A stretch of DNA of 38,036 nt from Candidatus Krumholzibacteriia bacterium. GTDB lineage: Bacteria > Krumholzibacteriota > Krumholzibacteriia > WVZY01. The translations under genes were made by a program, and so were the position numbers. Location of the stretch: contig JAZGDW010000177.1 of assembly GCA_036478295.1 (NCBI GenBank), positions 1 to 38,036 on the forward strand, read 5' to 3'. Shown piece after piece: positions 8,694 through 16,652 of the stretch. Positions within the stretch are counted from its first letter, which is position 1; every line of letters starts with the position of its first letter. Under the pieces are notes generated by a model. The model was given only the letters and a program-made list of their open reading frames with translations. It was not told where the DNA came from and made no database searches.

Positions 8694-9704
8694 CTAGATC
8701 TTACGGGCCCGCAACTGGACCCTCAACGACGGTTCCTGAGGATCATCGGTGCTGATAATCATTTCATCGAGAAACGCTCGTGCAGTAACCCCCGGCTGGA
8801 AGTTGACGGTAACCCGATATTTCTTTCCCTCTTCGATCGGCTCCACGCTCGCGTGGAACATGTCGTTCGAAAACTTGATATCCCTTATCGTAAACTCGCC
8901 CTTTACCTTGAAAATAGTCAAGGACTTCTCGACACCGGCAAGACTGCTCTCCCCCGACACGGACCCAAAGTTCAGGGTGGAAGGCTGCACGACAATGGAC
9001 CCCCTGGTGGTCACGTTGACCTGGATTTTCTTCTCAGGCGCGTTTTCACTGTTGGTCAAAACGGTCAACGATCCCCACGTGTTCAACGTCGGTAGTTTGG
9101 GGTTCTTGATCAGCCGGATCTTGTACGTGCCTTGCTCGGGTTGTGGCACCACCTTGTAGGTGATCTTGTCGTCGATATTCGACGACAGTCCCACGATTTT
9201 GAAATCCTTCTTCTTTTCGCTCGAGGTTATCGTCAGTTCCTTGACGACTTTTTCCCCGTACATGCCGCGCAGGAAAACACGGGTCGACGGCGTGACTTCC
9301 ACGTAGTGGAGAATCTTGCCCGCCAACGATACCGTCATGCGTGGGTGTTTCGGGTCGTTGGTAAAAATCGTCGCGCTCTTGTTGAACCTTCCTGACACTT
9401 TCGCTCCGAGGATCTCGAGATGAACTTTGCCCTCCTGACCAGGAGGAATGACCGCATCGAACTGGGCCACTGTGCAGCCTCAGCCAGGCTGGACTTTTTC
9501 GATCTTCAAATCGGCTGTCCCGACGTTCTTTATGACGAAAGAGTGCTTGTACACTTTCTGCTCGAAAATTTCGCCAAAATCGTGACGAGTCTCCTCGATG
9601 AGGACTACCGGTTCTTCTCCCTCAGCAAAGGCGACGCCGGCCGATGCCACCATCACGGCGAGCATCGCCGCGAGACATACACCAGCACTTATTCTCCTGC
9701 GCAT
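8694..9704 (-). CDS. Exported DUF1573/Ig-like protein, probable selenoprotein (Sec75, UGA at 9482..9480)
   Basis: ORFs 9480..9704 and 8694..9470 are in the same frame. Read-through gives HDFGEI…HSFVIKNVGTADLKIEKVQPG-U-GCTVAQFDAVIPPGQEGKV, matching the DUF1573 CGCT motif with the first Cys as TGA. GAGGAG RBS and signal peptide (…AFA|EGE). 336 aa. Confidence 0.82.
9431..9479 (-). promoter_or_regulatory. Candidate bacterial SECIS element(s) after the UGA of the DUF1573 gene
   Basis: mRNA after UGA can fold AGUGGCC-CA/GUUCGA loop/UG-(C)-GGUCAUU, with the loop starting at G 18 nt after UGA. A second perfect hairpin CCUCCU-GGUC-AGGAGG lies at 9446..9431. Folded by eye. Confidence 0.55.
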
Positions 9705-9997
9705 TGAACTACTCCTCGTTGGGACCGCCGCTGGCGACGGTCTCGCCCGATAAGTCGGGCCCTGGGGTCAAAACTTGCAATAAGAATACCCATTCCATGG
9801 GAAGCCATGGAAAATGTGGGCGCAAATGCCTGATATTCTAATATACCCCAGTGAAAGCATGAGTTCCATTGTTTTTGCGGCTACCTGTCGGGTTCGGGTG
9901 GTGAGGGACTCTGCAGCCGTTGCGAAAGGCGTGTACACCGCCAGTTTGACAGTGGTCTCGCCCTCGGAGCGTGCGGCTTCTTGAACCGAATCATGGG

Positions 9998-10026
9998 TTG
10001 CGGGTTGGCGTACCGGTTCTTATATT
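9998..10026 (+). promoter_or_regulatory. Possible sigma70-type promoter for the cysteine synthase operon
   Basis: TTGCGG (9998-10003) - 17 nt - TATATT (10021-10026). Confidence 0.4.
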
Positions 10027-10163
10027 AATGACAACAACGGCCCCGGAGTATATCCACATAAGCCGCAGTTACTAAATCAGCTACACAGTTCATGGTTCGA
10101 CGGTGCGGGCACGGGAGCACTGGCGTGGTACGCGCTCACCTCCGCGGCCGCCACAAAACCCGA

Positions 10164-11129
10164 ATGATGTCGAATATTCCGTACAAATCGGACCCGGGTA
10201 CCGGTTCCAACGGAGATCCTCTTGGCTTGAGGATCGGGCACACGCCGCTCTTGAAGCTCGAGTCTGTAAGCCGCCTGTTCACAGGAGTTTCGATCCACGC
10301 GAAGGCCGAGTGGTATAACCGGGGAGGCTCCGTGAAGGACCGGGCCGCCCACCGCATGCTACTCGAGGCCGAGCTGACGGGAGCCCTCCGGGACGGGAAG
10401 ACGATCCTCGATGCGACCTCGGGCAACACGGGCATCTCTTATGCTTGGATCGGCGCTGTCAAAGGCTATCCGGTACGCCTGGTGGTACCTGAGAACGTCG
10501 GAACCGACCGCAAACGCATTTTGCAAGCCTATGGTGCTGAAGTTATCTACACGGATCCTTTGCTGGGAGTTGACGGCGCGATCGAAAAAGCGCGTTCCCT
10601 TTATGCGGGTGAGCCGGCCAAGTATTTCTACGCAGACCAGTACCGGAACCCAGCCAACTGGAAAGCCCACTATGACCATACGGCGGTGGAGATCTGGGAG
10701 CAGACTGGCGGCGCCCTGACCCATTTCGTCGCCGGGCTGGGCACGAGCGGAACCTTCGTGGGGACCGCGCGTCGTTTGAAATCCCTCAGTCCCGGTATCC
10801 GCTGTATATCGGTCGAGCCCGATGGACCCTTTCACGGTCTCGAGGGACTCAAGCACATGGGGAGTGCCGTCGTTCCGGCCATTTACGACGAGAGTCTTGC
10901 GGACGAAAAGCGGCAGGTGCGCACAGAGGACGCGTACGCAATGGCCCGCACCCTTGCGCGGGAGGAAGGCTTGCTAGTCGGTCCTTCGGGGGCGGCCGCG
11001 GTAACCGCGTGCGTCGAGATCGCCGATGAGTTACCGAAGCACCGGCAGGCACTCATCGTCACCGTCCTTCCAGACAGCGGCGACAGGTACCTGAGTGAGC
11101 AGCTCTGGAACGAGGACAGCACGACGTGA
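10164..11129 (+). CDS. cysM: PLP-dependent cysteine synthase (CysM-like)
   Basis: IGHTPL, KAEWYNRGGSVKDR (PLP Lys), ATSGNTG, GLGTSGT, EEGLLVGPSG, PDSGDRYLS. Start uncertain (10164, 10167 or 10092). Confidence 0.88.
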   Translation: MMSNIPYKSDPGTGSNGDPLGLRIGHTPLLKLESVSRLFTGVSIHAKAEWYNRGGSVKDRAAHRMLLEAELTGALRDGKTILDATSGNTGISYAWIGAVKGYPVRLVVPENVGTDRKRILQAYGAEVIYTDPLLGVDGAIEKARSLYAGEPAKYFYADQYRNPANWKAHYDHTAVEIWEQTGGALTHFVAGLGTSGTFVGTARRLKSLSPGIRCISVEPDGPFHGLEGLKHMGSAVVPAIYDESLADEKRQVRTEDAYAMARTLAREEGLLVGPSGAAAVTACVEIADELPKHRQALIVTVLPDSGDRYLSEQLWNEDSTT

Positions 11130-11551
11130 TTTCTATCCATGAAAAACTCCTGAAAGAACTGCGTTGTCACGCCCGCCAGGAATATCCACGGGAGTGCTGT
11201 GGTGCTCTCATCGGCAAACGCGGGGTTTCCACGAGGGAAGTGCTCGCTGTCGTTCCGCTGGACAATCAGCGACGCGGTACCGCTGCCCTTCGGAGATTCC
11301 TGGTTTCCGCAGGTGATTACCGCCGCCTGGAAAAACATGCCGCAGAGCGCAAACTGGACGTTCTCGGGTTCTATCACTCTCATCCCGACCATCGGGCGTC
11401 TCCGTCTGCTTTCGATCGCGAGCATGCGCTTCCGTGGTACGCTTATGTAATCGTAGGAGTTGACAATGGCAACGCCGGAGAAATCACCTGCTGGACGCTT
11501 TCTGAGGATCGATCGCGCTTTGTACCGGAACCCATAACCGTGGGACATTGA
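11126..11551 (+). CDS. JAB/MPN+ (JAMM) metalloprotease, Mec-like
   Basis: EYPRECCG and GFYHSHPDHRASPSAFD (E…HxH-x7-S-x2-D). The GTG start overlaps the cysM stop (GTGA). Confidence 0.92.
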   Translation: MISIHEKLLKELRCHARQEYPRECCGALIGKRGVSTREVLAVVPLDNQRRGTAALRRFLVSAGDYRRLEKHAAERKLDVLGFYHSHPDHRASPSAFDREHALPWYAYVIVGVDNGNAGEITCWTLSEDRSRFVPEPITVGH

Positions 11552-11571
11552 CTTTCGTCAAGGAGAAGTGA

Positions 11572-13017
11572 GTGGACATGCCCATCACCGTTATGATACC
11601 GACGCCCTTGCGGCAGTTTGTAGGCAAGAGAGATTCCGTCGAGCTGGAGGCGCGTACCGTAGGAAAACTACTGGCTGCCCTGGTTGAGAAACACCCTGAC
11701 CTCGGGCGACACTTGTACACGGATGATGGCAGTCTGCGAAGCTTTGTGAATGTCTATGTAAATGATAAAGACATCCGATACCTGGAAAGAACCGCCACAA
11801 CAGTTAATGACGGAGACGTTGTGAGCATCGTACCTTCGATCGCGGGGGGGTCCGAGAAGGCCGGTGTCTCAGGCGGCCCGGCGCTTTCTCCAGACGAAAT
11901 CCTCCGCTACAGCCGCCACCTCATCATGCCCGAAGTCGCAATGAAGGGGCAGCTCAAGCTGAAATCCGCGAGCGTCTTGATGATCGGCGCCGGTGGGCTC
12001 GGGGCTCCGCTGGGTCTATACCTCGCCGCCGCGGGCGTCGGCGAACTGGGGCTTGTGGATTTCGATGTCGTGGAGTTAACGAACTTGCAGCGACAGGTAA
12101 CTTTTGGCACGAAAGACGTCGGGCGACCCAAGCTTGAGGCGGCCATAGAGCGCCTCACTGATCTGAACCCGAACATCAACATGAATGCCCATGAAACGAG
12201 ACTCACCAGCAAGAACGCCGTGGATATACTCGGACACTACGACCTGGTCGTCGACGGCACCGATAACTTTGCGACTCGTTACCTCGTCAACGACGCGTGT
12301 GTTCTTCTTGGAAAGCCCAACGTCTATGGCAGCATTTTCCGGTTCGAGGGACAGGCGACCGTATTCGCCCACAGAGACGGGCCCTGTTATCGCTGTCTCT
12401 ACCCCGAGCCCCCACCGCCCGGGCTGGTCCCCAGTTGCGCCGAGGGTGGCGTGCTCGGAGTTCTACCCGGGATCGTTGGTGCCATCCAGGCGAGCGAAGC
12501 TATCAAACTGATTCTGGGTTTTGGAGAGACATTGGCGGGACGACTGCTGCTTTTCGACGCGCAGATGATGAAGTTCCGTGAACTTGAGATCCACAAGAAC
12601 CCGGATTGCCCCGTTTGCGGCGACGACCCGACGATCACGGAACTGATCGACTACGACGAGTTCTGCGGGATTCGAGCTGAAGAGATGGCGCCCCAAGTGG
12701 AGGTTCCTGAAATGACGGCGCGTGAGTTGAAGTCACGTATGGACGCCGGAAACCAGCCGTTCATCCTCGACGTGCGTGAGCCACATGAATACGAGATTTG
12801 TAATCTGGATGGTCACTTGATTCCACTGGCCGAGATTCCGGCGCGGGTGCACGAGCTTGACTCGGCGCACGACATAGTGGTGTACTGCCGCTCAGGGGTC
12901 CGTTCCGCCTCGGCTGTGGATTTCTTGAGACAGGCCGGATTTCGCAAGGTGTGGAACCTTCGTGGCGGGATCCTCGCCTGGGCGGACGACATCGATCCCT
13001 CGATTCCGAAGTACTGA
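11572..13017 (+). CDS. moeB: Fusion of MoaD/ThiS/CysO-like ubiquitin-like domain + MoeB/ThiF E1-like adenylyltransferase + rhodanese (MoeZ-like)
   Basis: N-terminal MPITVMIPTPLR…VSIVPSIAGG (Ubl, GG ends at 11850); RYSRH, IGAGGLG, DFDVVELTNLQRQ, DGTDNF, CYRC/CPVC zinc sites, PSCAEGG; rhodanese LDVREPHE and YCRSGVRS. Start may be ATG 11578. Confidence 0.92.
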   Translation: MDMPITVMIPTPLRQFVGKRDSVELEARTVGKLLAALVEKHPDLGRHLYTDDGSLRSFVNVYVNDKDIRYLERTATTVNDGDVVSIVPSIAGGSEKAGVSGGPALSPDEILRYSRHLIMPEVAMKGQLKLKSASVLMIGAGGLGAPLGLYLAAAGVGELGLVDFDVVELTNLQRQVTFGTKDVGRPKLEAAIERLTDLNPNINMNAHETRLTSKNAVDILGHYDLVVDGTDNFATRYLVNDACVLLGKPNVYGSIFRFEGQATVFAHRDGPCYRCLYPEPPPPGLVPSCAEGGVLGVLPGIVGAIQASEAIKLILGFGETLAGRLLLFDAQMMKFRELEIHKNPDCPVCGDDPTITELIDYDEFCGIRAEEMAPQVEVPEMTARELKSRMDAGNQPFILDVREPHEYEICNLDGHLIPLAEIPARVHELDSAHDIVVYCRSGVRSASAVDFLRQAGFRKVWNLRGGILAWADDIDPSIPKY

Positions 13018-13053
13018 CGGAAACTGCGGGCTGGTGAGCCAAACCGCCGGGCT

Positions 13054-14532
13054 TTACCCGTCGACGAAACTACTGGCCTTCTGCTGCTCCGCCACCTCGT
13101 CGTAGAGCGTTTTTACAACGGAGCGGCGGTATCGCTTGCCATCATCTGTTTTCTCCGTGAGGTCGATGGTCACGCGGGCATCTCCGTTGTCACCGCCGCC
13201 AAGTAACGACACAAAAGGCCGGTGCAAGAACCGGCCCTTCCTTCGCTGCCGTACGACCACGGCTCTTTCGCCGCTGTCCAACTCGACCACGGTCCCCACG
13301 GGATACATGCCCATCGCCTGGATAAACACTTTGGTAATGAACGGATCGAAAATCTGCCCGCTCTTCGTCAGAATATAGCCCAACGCCTTGTCGGGTGTCA
13401 GGGGATCGCCGGCGTAGACGCGCGGGGTCGTCATGGCGTCGTAATAATCCGCCACGGTCACGATGCGCGTGAACAGTTGCAGATCCCACCCGTCGGGCCG
13501 CTGGGGATACCCGTTCCTGTCGTAGTGGACATGATGCTGCAACGCCACGAACAACCCGTCCTCGATCTCGCGCAGGTGCTTCACCCGCGATAGCTCCTTG
13601 ACGCCGAAAAACGTGTGGTACTTCATCAGCTCCCAATCCTTCTCGTCCAGCTTTCCCGGTTTGTTGAGAATCGTCTCCGGTATGTAGGTCTTGCCGATGT
13701 CGTGAAGCAGCGCGGCGACGCCGAGCCGGGCGATGTCACTCTTGTAGAATCGCAGACGATCGGCGATCACCATGGACAGGATGCACACGTTGACGGAATG
13801 GGCGAACGTGTATTCATCGAAATTCCTGATGCTGGTCAGACCGACTAGAATGGATTCGTCGGCCTGGATGATGTCGACCATCTGCTGGGTCAACCGCTCC
13901 GCTTTTTGAAACTGGATGACGCGGCGCTGCTCGATACCTTTCAACACTTCGCCCATCAGCATGACGGTTCTGAAAAACACCTGGTTGCTCTCCTCGCGGA
14001 TTTCCCTCTTCTCGCCCGTTTCGTCGGCCAGGTGCTTCACGCGCTCCACCCATTGCACCAGCTTCACATGCTTGATACCAACCTCTCGGAACTCGGTGCA
14101 CAGATGATCGAAGACGCCTTCCTGCGGTGACTCGTGGAAGAAAATCTTCAAGAACTTCCCCATCTCCTCCTGGTTGACACCGGGCAGGAATTCCACCGCT
14201 TCAACGTCCCGCTTCTTCATCTCCTCGATGATGAAATGGAAGGTGCCAAAGTGCTGCGGTTCGACCATGATTCGTACGTCATTTATGAGAAGAAAATCGG
14301 TCGAGATGCAGAGCTCGAGTTGTCCGGTTTCTTGCAGAAGTTCCTGCAGCGACACCATGAGTTCGGTCAGCACGCGTTGCGTCGCGCGGTTGCTCAAGTC
14401 GTGCACCTGGACCGTCTTGCTGGCGCTGAAGAGAAGGTGGACCAGCTGCGGCCCCAAGCGGTTCATCGTGGCCGTCTCGGCAGAGGGGCCGTCCGGCCGC
14501 GTGGGCTTCTGCGGGCGGGTGGCTTCGTCCAC
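13054..14532 (-). CDS. HD-GYP domain protein (cyclic-di-nucleotide phosphodiesterase family)
   Basis: YTFAHSVNV, LLHDIGK, ILNKPGKL, QHHVHYDRNGYP, VADYYDAMTTPRVY, YPVGTVVEL. Start set at GTG 14532 after GAGG; the upstream extension in the track overlaps the HEAT gene. Confidence 0.88.
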   Translation of the reverse strand: MDEATRPQKPTRPDGPSAETATMNRLGPQLVHLLFSASKTVQVHDLSNRATQRVLTELMVSLQELLQETGQLELCISTDFLLINDVRIMVEPQHFGTFHFIIEEMKKRDVEAVEFLPGVNQEEMGKFLKIFFHESPQEGVFDHLCTEFREVGIKHVKLVQWVERVKHLADETGEKREIREESNQVFFRTVMLMGEVLKGIEQRRVIQFQKAERLTQQMVDIIQADESILVGLTSIRNFDEYTFAHSVNVCILSMVIADRLRFYKSDIARLGVAALLHDIGKTYIPETILNKPGKLDEKDWELMKYHTFFGVKELSRVKHLREIEDGLFVALQHHVHYDRNGYPQRPDGWDLQLFTRIVTVADYYDAMTTPRVYAGDPLTPDKALGYILTKSGQIFDPFITKVFIQAMGMYPVGTVVELDSGERAVVVRQRRKGRFLHRPFVSLLGGGDNGDARVTIDLTEKTDDGKRYRRSVVKTLYDEVAEQQKASSFVDG

Positions 14533-14542
14533 GACACCCTCT

Positions 14543-16486
14543 TTATTTTTTGCTCGTGGGGTCAAACGTTTCCTCTTTCCGTTTCTCTTTTGCGGCACCC
14601 TGGGCCGCTCGCCCGGCGGCCGTTTTCTCGGCGGCCGCCTGTTCTCCCACGGCCTGTTTCTCAACGGCTTGTTCCTCGGCCGCCTGGCTGTGCAGCTGTT
14701 GCTCGTTGGCGCGAAGCGCGCGCTGCGCTTTGGCTTTGACCAGCGTGTCCTTGTCTTGCGCCAGGTCCTCGAGAATACCCGCCGCCTCCGGGCCCCCAAT
14801 CTGCTCGAGGGCGCGCACGGCCAGGAGCCTGCCCTGCTTGCCATGACCCTTTCCCAATCCGAAGAGTGACTTCTTGTCCAGCATCTCCCTGACGCGAGGC
14901 AGCATGTCGTCACCGGCCAGCTTGCCGGCAACCTTGAAAACCTGTTCTTGCTCGTCGAAACCCTTCTGCCCCAGTTCCTTCTCAAAAGCCAACGCGGCGA
15001 CCTTGTTGGCGATAATCGGGTGCTGAAATTCTTCGACCGCGGAGAGTGTCTTCATCCGGATGTGCTTGTCTTCGTCGTCCATCAGCTGCACGAGCAGGAT
15101 GGCCCTATCCTCGCCGGGCTTCTCGGCGAGATACTTGATAACATCCGCGCGAACGTTGCGATCCGGATAGTACATGAGCTGCCTTATCAGGTCGGGGATC
15201 TGCTCCGGATTCATCGCCCTGGTCAGGTAGATGACGTCCTGGGCGATTTTGGGATTGTCAATGTTCAGCTTCTCCACGATCTGCGCTATCTCTTCGCGGT
15301 CGATGGCGATCAGTGTTTCACACGCCTCCACATGGAGCCTCGATCCCTGGAGATCCTCGAGAAGCGAACAGATCGTCGGCACGGCCCTCTTGCCTACAAC
15401 TCGATAGAACGCAAAAAGATCCTCCGCGTTCTTGTCGAACCGTTCCACTGTCTGGCCGAGCGACATGAGCAGGGGGGTCTCGGCGAACCGTGCCTCCAGC
15501 TTTTTCAGAAAAGGTTCCAGAGAAACGGGGACTGAGTGCTCGGTGGGAAAGCGGCGGATGGTCTGCAGCGCCTCATTCAGCCCTGCCAGCTTTCCTTCCG
15601 TGATGACGAAATCCACGATGCATTCGACGACGTTCGAAACATCTCGCACGGCGGGCGGATTCCCTTTCAACAACGTGAAGTCGAGGATGACGTCGAGAAA
15701 CCATACCAGCCGGTCGCGCCGCTTTTCCGCCTGAATTTCTTGCTGGCAGAGCTTGAGTTCTTCGCTGCTGATGGAGAAGAATGACTCGAGCATGTTCTGG
15801 AACTGCTCTTCCTGGTCCGATGTGTCCGTTCCGCTCGCGGCGAGCAGCTTCAGGAGGTACTCGCTGATCGAGTCAATAGGGTCCGTCGCCGTGACAATAA
15901 CCCGCCCCTTGTCGGCGAAGCTCGGCAGATCCGGATGATCCGGCCCCTGGAGAATCCGCTGGGCGGAATGGTCTTCGCCGAGGCGTCCCTCTCCGAACTC
16001 GCCTACCAGGTACTCATCCAGCACGCGGTAGGAAATGTCCGCGAAGTCCGACTTCCAGAACTTGGTGACCACGTCCTCGTCGGGCGAGAAGTTGTGGAGT
16101 TCATCCTTGAGCAGGTCCACGAAAATGTCCAACTGCTCGGGCGTCACCGATTGCTGGAACGTGATCTCTCCGATGCCGTCCTTGTACATCAGGAACGCCA
16201 GGCTCTCGTCGATCTTGTCATTCTGATAGACGACAGTATCCCGCCACTTGATCTCCCATTGCTCCACGGTCAGAACCAATTCGTCCTCATCGGCGAAAAA
16301 CGCCTGGAATGCTGCGTCGAAATCTTTGGAAAACTTGATCAGCGTTGGATTGTTTTTTGCGTAGGTCCTCTTGCCGGCCATGAGTTTGGACAGCGCCTGG
16401 AGGACAACGCGCACTTTGTCCAGGCCACGGAGGTCATCCGCGGCTGTTCCCGGGTCCAAGAGTTCTCGATCAGCGCTTTTGTCCAT
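14543..16486 (-). CDS. HEAT-repeat protein
   Basis: Helical repeats (YPDRNVRADVIKYL, DEDKHIRMKTLSAV, LAVRALEQIG, DKDTLVKAKAQRAL); stop is 10 nt before the HD-GYP start. Confidence 0.8.
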   Translation of the reverse strand: MDKSADRELLDPGTAADDLRGLDKVRVVLQALSKLMAGKRTYAKNNPTLIKFSKDFDAAFQAFFADEDELVLTVEQWEIKWRDTVVYQNDKIDESLAFLMYKDGIGEITFQQSVTPEQLDIFVDLLKDELHNFSPDEDVVTKFWKSDFADISYRVLDEYLVGEFGEGRLGEDHSAQRILQGPDHPDLPSFADKGRVIVTATDPIDSISEYLLKLLAASGTDTSDQEEQFQNMLESFFSISSEELKLCQQEIQAEKRRDRLVWFLDVILDFTLLKGNPPAVRDVSNVVECIVDFVITEGKLAGLNEALQTIRRFPTEHSVPVSLEPFLKKLEARFAETPLLMSLGQTVERFDKNAEDLFAFYRVVGKRAVPTICSLLEDLQGSRLHVEACETLIAIDREEIAQIVEKLNIDNPKIAQDVIYLTRAMNPEQIPDLIRQLMYYPDRNVRADVIKYLAEKPGEDRAILLVQLMDDEDKHIRMKTLSAVEEFQHPIIANKVAALAFEKELGQKGFDEQEQVFKVAGKLAGDDMLPRVREMLDKKSLFGLGKGHGKQGRLLAVRALEQIGGPEAAGILEDLAQDKDTLVKAKAQRALRANEQQLHSQAAEEQAVEKQAVGEQAAAEKTAAGRAAQGAAKEKRKEETFDPTSKK

Positions 16487-16652
16487 ATCTGTTTCCTATA
16501 GGGATTTAACGGCCATCAAGCAATTGATATGCCAGGGGCCTTGCGGAAACAGAGCGCCGGAAGAAGATTTTGCTTTTCTCCGGAATCCCCGGGTTGCATT
16601 ATGCCTACGGCCCACATTCCGGCACTAATTGCCGCCAATAGAGGGTTAGAGA

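Noticed and set aside
9880..9990. SAM-I riboswitch or other ncRNA upstream of cysM (GGTGAGGGAC segment, long imperfect hairpin)
   Set aside because: Lacks the AUCnAGAG, GGCCC pseudoknot and GCAACC elements, and lies upstream of the putative promoter. No tRNA-Sec, SRP or 6S hallmarks.
11844..11850. G7 run at the Ubl GG codons as a programmed frameshift or phase-variation site
   Set aside because: No stop follows GG directly in either shifted frame, so slippage would not produce a free C-terminal GG; the run is explained by Gly codons.
11126..13017. CBASS- or Bil-like antiphage ubiquitination system (JAB + Ubl + E1)
   Set aside because: No E2, CD-NTase or effector. The rhodanese domain and coupled cysteine synthase point to sulfur transfer.
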